A stretch of DNA of 48,090 bases, from the NCBI GenBank assembly GCA_947588895.1, contig CANQBF010000003.1:1-48090 (forward strand), in the 5' to 3' direction. Below, one piece after another: positions 18,230-28,105 of the stretch (positions within the stretch are counted from its first letter, which is position 1; the number at the start of each line of letters is the position of its first letter). A program made the position numbers and the translations under genes. The stretch is from an uncultured Bacilli bacterium. Lineage in GTDB: Bacteria > Bacillota_I > Bacilli_A > RF39 > UBA660. Under the pieces are notes generated by a model. The model saw nothing but the letters and a program-made list of their open reading frames with translations. It had not been told where the DNA came from and ran no database searches.

Positions 18230-18769
18230 CTATTTATATTTTCTCAAATTTAAATTATATTTATTATCTTCAAATAATAGATGAACCAAAGGATAAGGTA
18301 ATCCAACACTTTTCTTAAATTTATCAACAATGACTTCATTTAAGTCATCTAAAAGAATTAATTCATCAATACAATCTGAATCTTCTAATTCTTTTATCTT
18401 TTTATACTTTTTGTTAAATAACCATTGCATGGATAAGATATTATTTTCTTCAGTTATATAAAATAATGTTGGTTCTCCAAATTTTTGACTTAATATTAAA
18501 TAAAAGTCACTCAATACTGATAATTTTTCTTTTACAGTTTTGTTATCTAAATTACTACCTATATTTAATTTTAAATAATTATTTTTATTATAATCAAACG
18601 AAAAACCAATTTCATTAGACATTAATTCATTATTAATATCTAAAAAGTATTTACCACTTATATGTGGTTTATTAATACTGTCAACAAATATAATTTTTTT
18701 TCCTAATATTTTTTTTAATTCAATTGCTATTGCATAAGAATTATATGGTACTACATTTTTATGTTGCAA
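18230..18769 (-). CDS. Hypothetical protein
   Basis: TTG start after AAAGGAGGT RBS. Confidence 0.7.
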   Translation of the reverse strand: MQHKNVVPYNSYAIAIELKKILGKKIIFVDSINKPHISGKYFLDINNELMSNEIGFSFDYNKNNYLKLNIGSNLDNKTVKEKLSVLSDFYLILSQKFGEPTLFYITEENNILSMQWLFNKKYKKIKELEDSDCIDELILLDDLNEVIVDKFKKSVGLPYPLVHLLFEDNKYNLNLRKYK

Positions 18770-18836
18770 AATAATACCTCCTTTATAAAAACTTTCTTTA
18801 GAACGTATTATACAATAAATTACATCATTGTGTAAA

Positions 18837-19151
18837 TTATTTTTTTAAATCTTTTACTTCTTTTTTTAAATTTTTAATTTCTTTTTTATAATTTTTTATA
18901 TCTTTCTTAGAAACATAATCATAATCTTTATATTTTTCATAATTAACATCTGTATTATATCTAATCAAAACTAAAAATAATATAGAATTTATAAATGCAC
19001 ATATACAAGATATACTTATTACAATAATTTGTAATGATTCATACAAATTAATTTTTTTTAAAATAAAACTAATAGATACATTTATAAGACCAATTATAAA
19101 CAATATTAAAACAATAGAAGTTAATATATTATAAATTCTATCTTTTTTCAT
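18837..19151 (-). CDS. Hypothetical membrane protein (2 TM)
   Basis: Two hydrophobic segments and a charged C-terminal tail. Confidence 0.7.
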   Translation of the reverse strand: MKKDRIYNILTSIVLILFIIGLINVSISFILKKINLYESLQIIVISISCICAFINSILFLVLIRYNTDVNYEKYKDYDYVSKKDIKNYKKEIKNLKKEVKDLKK

Positions 19152-19260
19152 TTAAACACCAACTCTTATTCTTATTATAACATTATAATTTTAATTTATT
19201 GCTTTTTTTACTTTAATATTTAAAATTTAACGTCAAATGAAAAAGATAACAATTGTTACC

Positions 19261-20451
19261 TTATATTATTAGATTACCATTTTTCATAATAGTAATCCTT
19301 CCATCTTTAGTATCAGCATCAATTTGCATATCTTTTGTACCTATCATAAAATCAACATGATTTTGACATTTATTAATTCCTATTTTATCTAATTCTTCTG
19401 GTGTTTTTTTAATACCATCTTGAATACATTCTAAAAATCCCATACCTAGAGCTAAATGACAAGAGGCATTTTCATCTAAAAGTGTTGTATTAAAACAAAT
19501 ATTAGTTTTAGAAATAGGTGAATCATAATCTACTAAAGCTGCTTCTCCTAAGAATTTCATTCCTTTTTCACTTTCTAATATTTCCTTTAAAATATCTTCT
19601 CCTTCTTTAGCTTTAAAATCAATTACTTTTCCTTTTTCAAATTTCAAATAAAATTCATCAATTATTTTTCCATTATAAATTAATGGTTTAGAACTATAGA
19701 CTATACCATTTGTTTGATGATAATCAGGTGTCGTAAATATTTCATAACTAGGTATATTAACAATAACATCGCCTTCTTCAGCATTTTGCCATCTAGCCTT
19801 TTCAGGAATAGCAACTTCTAAATTAGTACCTAAAGAATTAGAATAATATAATTTAGAAATTTCTAAATTATTTAATTTTTCTTTTTTCTTTTCTTGGGAT
19901 TTTAAAAAAGTATCCCAATTTTTAACTGCATTACCTTCAAGCATACATAAATTACTTAAAACATTCCAAAATTCTTGCATTGAATCTTTACTATCAGGAA
20001 ACAAAGAATCAGCCCAATACTTATTTGGAACTGCTGCTATACACCAAGGAATAATACCTTTACCTTGATATTCTCGATATAATGGTTTTGTTTCTAAACA
20101 AATTTTAGATTTTAATGCAACTTTATCACTATCGACATCAGTCATTAAATTTGGAATTTCACTACAAATCATTAAGAAAGATGCTTTCTTTTTAGCATAT
20201 TTATCCCACATATGAGAATTAAATAAAGGATTATCTTTTATTTCATCTAAAGTAGATGTTTTTAAAATATCATGAATTTGAAAAATATTAGTAACATCTA
20301 AATAAATATCATCAATACCTTTAGATTTAGCATAACTGACTAATTTTTCAATAAAATCATTGTTAATCTTATCATAACTAATAAATAATGAATTTCCCTT
20401 TTGTAATCTTAAACAACCATCAACTAATAACTTAATATATTCAGTTTCCAT
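19261..20451 (-). CDS. Aminopeptidase, M29 family (AmpS/PepS-like)
   Basis: NIPSYEIFTTP, LGEAALV, DENASCHLALG, HVDFMIG motifs. Confidence 0.93.
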   Translation of the reverse strand: METEYIKLLVDGCLRLQKGNSLFISYDKINNDFIEKLVSYAKSKGIDDIYLDVTNIFQIHDILKTSTLDEIKDNPLFNSHMWDKYAKKKASFLMICSEIPNLMTDVDSDKVALKSKICLETKPLYREYQGKGIIPWCIAAVPNKYWADSLFPDSKDSMQEFWNVLSNLCMLEGNAVKNWDTFLKSQEKKKEKLNNLEISKLYYSNSLGTNLEVAIPEKARWQNAEEGDVIVNIPSYEIFTTPDYHQTNGIVYSSKPLIYNGKIIDEFYLKFEKGKVIDFKAKEGEDILKEILESEKGMKFLGEAALVDYDSPISKTNICFNTTLLDENASCHLALGMGFLECIQDGIKKTPEELDKIGINKCQNHVDFMIGTKDMQIDADTKDGRITIMKNGNLII

Positions 20452-20475
20452 TTAATCACCAATATTATTATATCC

Positions 20476-20718
20476 TTAAAGAAAAAATTTATCAATTCTC
20501 GTATCTAAAACTACTGAAATCTTATATAAAGTATTAATTGAACAACCAACTTTACCTTTTTTAAATTCTAATCTTCTCACAAAATCATAAGAAAGACCAA
20601 TATCTACTGCTAATTGCTCTTGGGTTATACCAGCTTTTAACCGATATTTTTTAATATTTTTAGAAATTCTCTTTTTTATATCATTTTTAAACTCAAAATC
20701 TCTTGGAAATGTTGCCAT
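20476..20718 (-). CDS. XRE-family helix-turn-helix regulator
   Basis: NIKKYRLKAGITQEQLA...RLE...SINTLYKISVVL HTH_3 pattern. Confidence 0.9.
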   Translation of the reverse strand: MATFPRDFEFKNDIKKRISKNIKKYRLKAGITQEQLAVDIGLSYDFVRRLEFKKGKVGCSINTLYKISVVLDTRIDKFFL

Positions 20719-20757
20719 AATATATCACCAACTACATTTTTGCATTGAAAAATCAAA

Positions 20758-20783
20758 ATGTCCGGTAACTATTATGTCCGGTA
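20758..20783. promoter_or_regulatory. Direct-repeat operator candidate (ATGTCCGGTA x2, 16-bp period)
   Basis: Perfect 10-bp repeats at 20758-20767 and 20774-20783, directly upstream of TGATATAAT extended -10. Confidence 0.6.
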
Positions 20784-20809
20784 TATGATATAATATTCAT
20801 GGAGGTATT

Positions 20810-20968
20810 ATGGAAGGATTAACTGTTTATTATAAAAAAGTAATAAAAAGAGTTGAAAAAAGATACAACTTAATGTGTATCCTTTATAATATAACAAAAT
20901 TAAAATATTTTAAGAAGAAAAAATATATATATAACAAATTATTAATATATTGTTATAAACTATTATAA
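20810..20968 (+). CDS. Small basic, Tyr/Lys-rich hypothetical protein (52 aa)
   Basis: GGAGGT RBS; MEGLTVYYKKVIKRVEKRYNLMCILYNITKLKYFKKKKYIYNKLLIYCYKLL*. Not in the ORF track. Confidence 0.55.
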   Translation: MEGLTVYYKKVIKRVEKRYNLMCILYNITKLKYFKKKKYIYNKLLIYCYKLL

Positions 20969-20970
20969 TA

Positions 20971-22575
20971 TTATTTTAATCTAATTAAATATTCTTTATT
21001 TCTTATAATAAATGCTAAATATGCTGTATCAACTTCATTAACTTTATTTGTTGTTTCAACAATTATTTTATTATTTAAATTACTTGGTGTAACATAATAA
21101 ACATCAGCATACTTTTCTTCATTATTTTCAATATATTTAACTTTAGCAAAATTTTCTACTATATTTTTTATACTTGTATTTTCTGTATAGAAAGAACTAG
21201 TAGTATCAAGTGACAAAGTATAATCAAATACCATTAATGTTGTATTATTTTTGGTATTATCTATTTTAACTTGATTAATATAATTATCACATTTATTAAA
21301 TCTAGTACAAAATTCATAAGTATATGTATATTTATCAGTTATTTCTAAATTAGATAATTTTAATTTAGTATTTTTTAAATTTGAACTAACAAAATTAATT
21401 TCATTACCTAAATCATACATTCCTTCTACTCGGGGTCTATCAATTACTACAGGATTAATACTAACATAATTATATTTACCAACAATTTCATCTTTAGATG
21501 TAGTTAGTCCTCCATCAATTTTTATTCGATAATTCTTTTTAATTTCATTATCACTTATTTCATATACTAATGAATAAGTATTTTGAGATTTTTTAGCTAT
21601 TGTACTTCCCGTTAAATTTCTCGCATAATCAATAAAATATACTCCTTTATCAAATATTGGATATCTAGTTTCTTTATTAACTTCTAATCTAAATCTATTA
21701 AAATCTAATTTTTGTAATTTATCACTATTATTTTCTATATATAATTTAACAACTACATAATATTTATTATTTATTTTATCTCCATTATAATCTAAATTAG
21801 TTACAATACTATCTTGTATCTTATAATTAATTCCTAAATTACTAAAATAATCTCCTTGATTAAATAAACCATTCATATTTTTTGGTAAATTATTATATAT
21901 TACAACTACTAAAATTATAGATGTTATAATAGCAATTATTGTAAATACAAATTTATTTTCTTTAACATAATAAATAAACTCTCTAAAGAATCTTCTAACA
22001 TTTCTTTGTAATTTAACTGTATCCCCTTTAAATGTTAATTCAAATTCTTCATTATCTTTATTTTCTATTTCAAGATTTTTTAAATCTTGTTTAAAATTAT
22101 ATTTATCAATATTTATACCTAAACCTTGCATTACAAATAATACCAATAAAGGCAATTGAGGTATAAATATAATCATAGTAATATCTCGATATAATCTTGC
22201 AACTTCAGTTGTAATATAATTGGTTTCAATTGAAACCATAGTATTTTTTACAAGTATTACTCCAATAAATAATAATATATAATATCCAATTGCTAATATA
22301 TAACTTTTTGGCTTTTTCTTTTTATAGATAAATAATATTAGCATACCAGCAAGACCAATTAAAATAAAAATTAAAGCTAAATATACAAAAATATCAATAT
22401 ATTCTGATGAAAAACCAGGATAATAATTACCCGAAAAATTATTCTTCAAATATTGATTAAAAAAACCTATAATTCGATAATATTTATATGTTATAAAGCC
22501 AGCTAAAAATGCTAATATTATATGTATTAGTCTAAAATGTTTAATTAAAAATGCATATGGCTTTCTTAATATCAT
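20971..22575 (-). CDS. Hypothetical membrane protein with C-terminal extracellular Ig-like (DUF4352-like) region
   Basis: About five TM helices followed by a beta-rich region (KYYVVVKLYIENNS); GGAGAG RBS. Confidence 0.8.
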   Translation of the reverse strand: MILRKPYAFLIKHFRLIHIILAFLAGFITYKYYRIIGFFNQYLKNNFSGNYYPGFSSEYIDIFVYLALIFILIGLAGMLILFIYKKKKPKSYILAIGYYILLFIGVILVKNTMVSIETNYITTEVARLYRDITMIIFIPQLPLLVLFVMQGLGINIDKYNFKQDLKNLEIENKDNEEFELTFKGDTVKLQRNVRRFFREFIYYVKENKFVFTIIAIITSIILVVVIYNNLPKNMNGLFNQGDYFSNLGINYKIQDSIVTNLDYNGDKINNKYYVVVKLYIENNSDKLQKLDFNRFRLEVNKETRYPIFDKGVYFIDYARNLTGSTIAKKSQNTYSLVYEISDNEIKKNYRIKIDGGLTTSKDEIVGKYNYVSINPVVIDRPRVEGMYDLGNEINFVSSNLKNTKLKLSNLEITDKYTYTYEFCTRFNKCDNYINQVKIDNTKNNTTLMVFDYTLSLDTTSSFYTENTSIKNIVENFAKVKYIENNEEKYADVYYVTPSNLNNKIIVETTNKVNEVDTAYLAFIIRNKEYLIRLK

Positions 22576-22638
22576 ATCTAGTCTCTCCTAGTATAATTTT
22601 ATCAAAAATATCATCTATTGTAAATTAATTTAAACAAA

Positions 22639-22658
22639 AAACTAGAAGACTCTAGTTT
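22639..22658 (-). terminator. Terminator of LysM gene
   Basis: AAACTAGA-AGAC-TCTAGTTT with a U tract on the minus strand. Confidence 0.6.
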
Positions 22659-22661
22659 CTA

Positions 22662-23111
22662 TTATTTTTTATTAACTAATAATTGACCTTCCATTAAGTA
22701 AATAGTCTTATTTTCATCTAAAAATTTATCTTTAGTTGTATTAAATACTTTTATAACTTCATCCATTGTATCGCCCTCAGCAGTTATATAATAAGAATAA
22801 TTACTTTTTGGAATTAATATCGTTTGATTTGGATATATATAATCATCATTTTTAAGTCCATTTAAACTAGCAAGTAATTCAGGATTAATATTATACTTCC
22901 TAGCAATAGCATATAAATTATCCCCTTTTTCTACAACATAATAATTAAAATAATCTTTACTTTCTTTAGGAACAATTAATTCCATATTTTCTCTTAATCC
23001 ATCAATATAATATAAGTTATTTAAATCTTGTAAAACTTTAACACTAGTATTATATTTTTGAGCTATACTTGATAAAGTATCTCCTCTTGTTACACGATAA
23101 CTTTCAAACAT
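22662..23111 (-). CDS. LysM peptidoglycan-binding protein (three LysM repeats, third degenerate)
   Basis: YRVTRGDTLSSIAQKY, YVVEKGDNLYAIARKY, YITAEGDTMDEV; no signal peptide. Confidence 0.9.
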   Translation of the reverse strand: MFESYRVTRGDTLSSIAQKYNTSVKVLQDLNNLYYIDGLRENMELIVPKESKDYFNYYVVEKGDNLYAIARKYNINPELLASLNGLKNDDYIYPNQTILIPKSNYSYYITAEGDTMDEVIKVFNTTKDKFLDENKTIYLMEGQLLVNKK

Positions 23112-23157
23112 TTTTCCACCTCTAATATAAGGTATGAAAAAGTTAAAAATGTGTTAT

Positions 23158-23604
23158 TTAATTATCTTTTTTATATTCCTTTTTAGCTTTCATCATAAAT
23201 TCTGAAATTACTGTTTCGATTTCATCTAATGCATTTTTAGATACATTAGAAAGAATAACTTTCTCTTTTACAGTATCAATAGTAATTTTACCCCAATTAA
23301 GACCTCTAAAAATTTCCATGTCATTATATAAATCTGGAGTTATAGAATATAAAAAGCTTCCCCATATTAATCTTTTATGACCAAGTAATATTCTTTTATT
23401 AGTTAATGCGATTACAAAAGTATTAAATAATTCCGTAAATTTTTCATTTTTTTGAGCACAAAAGGCATATAAAACTTCTTCATCAGGATTTAAATAATCA
23501 TCAACAACTTGAGCATGTTTTTTAATTCTCCATGCAATTGTACTTTGATATTTATTTTGAAATTCCATAACTTTGTCTAATACTTTTCCCATATTTAAAT
23601 TCAC
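23158..23604 (-). CDS. Bacterial PH-domain protein
   Basis: LNPDEEVLY...VIALTNKRILL...GKITI pattern of bacterial PH domains. Confidence 0.75.
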   Translation of the reverse strand: MNLNMGKVLDKVMEFQNKYQSTIAWRIKKHAQVVDDYLNPDEEVLYAFCAQKNEKFTELFNTFVIALTNKRILLGHKRLIWGSFLYSITPDLYNDMEIFRGLNWGKITIDTVKEKVILSNVSKNALDEIETVISEFMMKAKKEYKKDN

Positions 23605-23682
23605 CTACCAACATTATATAATTTTTTTGTTTTTTTAGCAATTTTTTATAAGTGGTTTCTTAATGTTTTACAAGATTAAATA

Positions 23683-24300
23683 TTATTTACGAACTTTTAA
23701 AAATGGTTTCTTTAATGTTTTACAAGGTTGAATATTCTTTACTAATTTAGGATTAAAATTCACTACATAATTAATAACTTTATTATTCTTATCTCTTAAA
23801 CTATCTATAGTATCTTTAGTATGTCTTAAATCAATTAATGCCCAACATGCCAATAAGGGTAATATTTCATCTAGATATCCTGCTAAATCATCTCTTGAAT
23901 ATGCGGCAAAATGCTTGAATACATCATATAAAAGGACTTTAACATCATTATCTAATTCATTACATCTATAAATAATTGGCACAGATTCATCGGTAGGTGA
24001 TATTTCACTATCTAATATTTCACTATTTTTAGTTTTATGCTGACTATCTAAATATATTTCTCTATCAAGCCAATATAAAGTATCAAACATATATCTAGTA
24101 GCGTCTTTACTACAAATTAATGCCCCATCAATTAACTGTTTACCATTATAAGAAGTAACTAAAGCAGCAATTATTAAAAGACGGGTTAATTTATATCTAG
24201 TACAATCATATTCCTTATTAGTACGATAAAATAAACTAATTAAATATTTTGCTAAATCATAACTATCATAATTTAAATTTTCTATTACTAAATAAAACAT
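23683..24300 (-). CDS. Degenerate Panacea/SocA (DUF4065)-like protein
   Basis: DLAKYLI...TRYKLTRLLIIA...LLYDVFKHFAAYSRDDL aligns by eye with the SocA/GepA pattern; AGGAGG RBS. Confidence 0.6.
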   Translation of the reverse strand: MFYLVIENLNYDSYDLAKYLISLFYRTNKEYDCTRYKLTRLLIIAALVTSYNGKQLIDGALICSKDATRYMFDTLYWLDREIYLDSQHKTKNSEILDSEISPTDESVPIIYRCNELDNDVKVLLYDVFKHFAAYSRDDLAGYLDEILPLLACWALIDLRHTKDTIDSLRDKNNKVINYVVNFNPKLVKNIQPCKTLKKPFLKVRK

Positions 24301-24379
24301 TATTATTCCTCCTAAAATTTTTATAATAAAAAGTGAGTATAACTTTTAACTAATATTAATTACCCACTTTATTCTTTTA

Positions 24380-25480
24380 TTATACATTAAATCTAAAATA
24401 TACTATATCTCCATCTTGCATAATATATTCTTTACCTTCTAAACGAAGACGTCCTAGTTCTCTTACTCTAAGTTCACTACCTGCAGCTTCTAAATCCGAA
24501 AAACTCATTACTTCTGCTTTAATAAAACCGCGTTCAAAATCACTATGAATAATTCCAGCACATTCTGGAGCTTTCATTCCTTTTCTAAATGTCCAAGCAC
24601 GACATTCATCAGCACCTGATGTAAAGAATGTTGCTAAATCTAGTAAATCATAAGTAGCAAATATTAATTTATCTAAACCACTTGCTGAAATACCTAAATC
24701 CTTTAGAAAAGCTTCTCTTTCTTCATTATCATAATCAGCAAGTTCACTTTCTAATTTAGCACACATTACAATTACTGATGCTTTTTCTAAATCAGCTCTT
24801 TCTTTTAATATTTTTGAGTATTCATTATCTCCAATTGAAGCTGCTTCTTCATCAACATTAGCTACATAAATTAGTTTCTTTAAAGTAATGAAATTAAAAT
24901 TTTTTATAATATCAAGTTCATCTTTATCAAATTCAACTAATCTTAAAGGAATACTTTTTTCTAAATTTTCTTTTATCTTCTTTAAAACATTAACTTCTTT
25001 TATTGCTTCTTTATCTTTTGTCGTTTCAGCTTTCTTTTCAATTTTACCAAGTCTATTAACAGCAATTTCTAAATCAGCTAAAATAAGCTCAGTATTAATT
25101 ATTTCTATATCCCTAATTGGGTCAGTTTTACCTTCAACATGAGTAATATTCTCATCATCAAAACAACGTACTACTTCTACAATAGCGTCAACTTCTCTAA
25201 TATGGGATAAAAATTTATTACCAAGTCCTTCACCATTGGAAGCTCCACTTACTAACCCAGCTATATCAATAAATTCAAATGTTGTTGGTACAATACTTTT
25301 AGGATTATACAAACTAACTAAATAATCAAGTCTTGTATCTGGTACTGTAACTACCCCAACATTTGGCTCTATTGTTGCAAAAGGATAATTAGCTGCTAAA
25401 ATATGTTTCTTTGTAATGGCATTAAATAATGTTGATTTTCCAACATTAGGCAATCCAACAATTCCTGCTTGTAATCCCAT
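24380..25480 (-). CDS. ychF: Redox-regulated ribosome-binding ATPase YchF
   Basis: [33 protein letters not shown]-terminal FRFNV. Confidence 0.98.
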   Translation of the reverse strand: MGLQAGIVGLPNVGKSTLFNAITKKHILAANYPFATIEPNVGVVTVPDTRLDYLVSLYNPKSIVPTTFEFIDIAGLVSGASNGEGLGNKFLSHIREVDAIVEVVRCFDDENITHVEGKTDPIRDIEIINTELILADLEIAVNRLGKIEKKAETTKDKEAIKEVNVLKKIKENLEKSIPLRLVEFDKDELDIIKNFNFITLKKLIYVANVDEEAASIGDNEYSKILKERADLEKASVIVMCAKLESELADYDNEEREAFLKDLGISASGLDKLIFATYDLLDLATFFTSGADECRAWTFRKGMKAPECAGIIHSDFERGFIKAEVMSFSDLEAAGSELRVRELGRLRLEGKEYIMQDGDIVYFRFNV

Positions 25481-25489
25481 AAAAACCTC

Positions 25490-27028
25490 CTATAAAATTG
25501 GGAATGTACTTATTCCTAAAGGTATATTTATTATATACCAAATTATTATAATAGCAAGTAACGCTATACCTACAACTGCTGTATAAGGTAATTGATATTT
25601 AATTGCATCAATTAATCTAATATTTTCACTATGTTGATTATACTTCTCTAAAAATGCTAAATAAACTATAAAATATGCTAGAACTGGTGTTATATTCATT
25701 GTCGCACCTTCAGCAAATCTAAATATTAATTGTGAAAATTCCGGTGATATTTCAGCTCCCATTAATAATGGTACAATTGTTGGAGCTAATATAGACCATT
25801 TCATTGTACTAGTAGGTAATACTAAATTAGTAAGGGCAATTAATACAAATACTAAGATAATTAATGGTATTCCTACAAAATTAGTATTATTGATAAAATT
25901 ACCAACACTAGCAACTACTACATCACCAATATTAGTTTGTTTAAATATACTAATAAATGTTGAAGCTAAAAATATCATAACAAGTGTTGTACCAATACCA
26001 TCTAATGAATGTCCTAAATTATCAAAAAAATCTTTATGACTTTTTATTGTTTTTACACCAATACCATAAAATAATCCAAGTATTATAAATAACATTGTTA
26101 TAACAAATACAAAACCATTACTAAAGAATGAATTAACACTAAATAATTTATCTATATAAGCTACTTGACTATTATCTAGTAAAGCACCACTTAAAGGTAA
26201 TCCTGGAATAATTGAATATATAAATATTATTAAATAAATTGATGCACTTATACATGCAAGTAACATTCCTTTTCTTTCATCTTTAGTAACAATATCTTCT
26301 TCTAATTCTACTTCCGTAAAATCATATTTTGGTAATTTCTTAACAATAACATTTTCGGTAATAACAGTTATAATTGAAGATACAATTGATACTGCTAATA
26401 ACATGATAAATACAAAACCTAACATAGATATTGTATAATTTGCATTAATTGTATGACTTGCTAGAGTTGTAAATTTAAGCAACGCTGAATCACTACTAGT
26501 AAATATAAAATTAATCGCACTACCACATGATAATGCTGCAAATGATGCTATAATTCCAATCGCTGGATTTCTCTTACCATAATAGAATAATAATGCTCCT
26601 AAAGGGATAAATATCAAATAAGATAAATCTCCAAATACACTGGATATAACACATAAAAAGACAAATATAAAAGTAACTGCTTTCTTTTTTAATCTTTTAG
26701 TTGTAAGTGTTATTGCTGTTTGTAAAAATCCACTTCTATCTAAAATACTAATTCCCATTAACAAAATAATTAAATTAGATAAAACTGTAAAATTAGCAAA
26801 ATTGGAAACTGTATTAGTAAAAATATACTTTATTCCACTTAAATTAAATAATGATTTAACAGTAATATTTTCTGGCATTGTTTCTAATGTTATCTCATTA
26901 ATTTTATTATATGAAGCATGAAAATCTACTAAATGTAAAATTCCACTTAAGACAATAGTTATAACAATTAAAAGAACAAAAGACAATAAAGGATGCATTT
27001 TTTCTCTTATTTTACTTCTCTTGGTCAT
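25490..27028 (-). CDS. AbgT-family transporter
   Basis: HP at N-terminus, VKSLFNLSGI, KWSILAPTIVPL, polytopic membrane profile. Confidence 0.8.
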   Translation of the reverse strand: MTKRSKIREKMHPLLSFVLLIVITIVLSGILHLVDFHASYNKINEITLETMPENITVKSLFNLSGIKYIFTNTVSNFANFTVLSNLIILLMGISILDRSGFLQTAITLTTKRLKKKAVTFIFVFLCVISSVFGDLSYLIFIPLGALLFYYGKRNPAIGIIASFAALSCGSAINFIFTSSDSALLKFTTLASHTINANYTISMLGFVFIMLLAVSIVSSIITVITENVIVKKLPKYDFTEVELEEDIVTKDERKGMLLACISASIYLIIFIYSIIPGLPLSGALLDNSQVAYIDKLFSVNSFFSNGFVFVITMLFIILGLFYGIGVKTIKSHKDFFDNLGHSLDGIGTTLVMIFLASTFISIFKQTNIGDVVVASVGNFINNTNFVGIPLIILVFVLIALTNLVLPTSTMKWSILAPTIVPLLMGAEISPEFSQLIFRFAEGATMNITPVLAYFIVYLAFLEKYNQHSENIRLIDAIKYQLPYTAVVGIALLAIIIIWYIINIPLGISTFPIL

Positions 27029-27218
27029 TATTAATCACCTTCTTTAATTTTTTTTGAAATTCTAATCTATCCATCATAATTTCTCTATTACAATTATTGC
27101 ATTTTAATTTTATATCAACACCCATTCTTGTAATAGTCCATAAATTAGTACCACAAGCATGACTTTTTTTCATTATAACTTCATCGTTCAGCTTGTAATC
27201 TACTTTTTCTTTATTCAA
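27012..27218 (-). CDS. DUF951 (YyzM-like) protein
   Basis: MKKSHACGTNLWTITRMGVDIKLKCNNC motif; typical position between parB and ychF. Confidence 0.9.
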   Translation of the reverse strand: MNKEKVDYKLNDEVIMKKSHACGTNLWTITRMGVDIKLKCNNCNREIMMDRLEFQKKLKKVINNDQEK

Positions 27219-27220
27219 AT

Positions 27221-28105
27221 TTAATCATCTCCAATAGAAATATCTAATATTTCCATAATTCTTTCTAAATCTTTTACTGAATCAAAATTAATAGTAATTT
27301 TATTATTAGAAATCTTTACTTTATTACCAATCTTATCACTAATAACATTTTCATACATATGATATTTTGGCTCTTTATCTTTTACAATAATTGGTTTTCT
27401 TTTTACAACTTCATTATTATTAACTAGATTTTCTAATTCTCTAACATTTAATTTATTTTTAATTACTTTTTTTGCTAATTCATTAATTTGATTTTCATCA
27501 TCTAATTTACTTAATACTCTTGCATGAGATGGTGATAATTCTTTATTAACAACCATTTCTTGAATATTATTTGGTAATTTAAGAAGTCCTAATAAATTAG
27601 TAATATAAACTCTACTTTTACCAAATTTTTTAGCAAATTCTTCTTGAGTAAATCCTCTTAAATTAATTATATTTAAAACACTTTTAGCTTCATCTATTGC
27701 ATTTAAATCTTCTCTTTGTATATTCTCAATTAAAGCAATTTCCATCATTTCTTGGTCTGTAAAATCTTTGATAATTGCTGGTATTTCAACTAATCCAGCT
27801 TTTTTACTAGCTCTAAGTCTTCTTTCACCCGCAATTAATTCATAACCTTTAATACTTTTTTTAACGATTATTGGTTGAACTACTCCATATTCTTTAATTG
27901 ACGTTGCTAATTCTTCTAAACTATCTTCATTAAAAGTTTTACGAGGTTGATAAGGATTAGCTCTTATTTCTTCAACTTTTATCATAGTAACATTATTTTT
28001 ATTATCATTAACTAATTCTTTTTCAAAATTATTAAAATCAATAACATTATTATTAGTAAATAATTGCTCTAATCCTTTACCTAAAGCTTTTTTCTTAGTT
28101 TCCAT
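27221..28105 (-). CDS. parB: Chromosome partitioning protein ParB/Spo0J
   Basis: ALGKGL, NPYQPRK, IAGERRLRA, ENIQREDL. ATG at 28105 preferred over TTG at 28114. Confidence 0.95.
   Translation of the reverse strand: METKKKALGKGLEQLFTNNNVIDFNNFEKELVNDNKNNVTMIKVEEIRANPYQPRKTFNEDSLEELATSIKEYGVVQPIIVKKSIKGYELIAGERRLRASKKAGLVEIPAIIKDFTDQEMMEIALIENIQREDLNAIDEAKSVLNIINLRGFTQEEFAKKFGKSRVYITNLLGLLKLPNNIQEMVVNKELSPSHARVLSKLDDENQINELAKKVIKNKLNVRELENLVNNNEVVKRKPIIVKDKEPKYHMYENVISDKIGNKVKISNNKITINFDSVKDLERIMEILDISIGDD

Noticed and set aside
16321-19200. Prophage or integrative element at tRNA-Cys
   Set aside because: No integrase, no duplicated tRNA 3' end and no phage structural genes seen.
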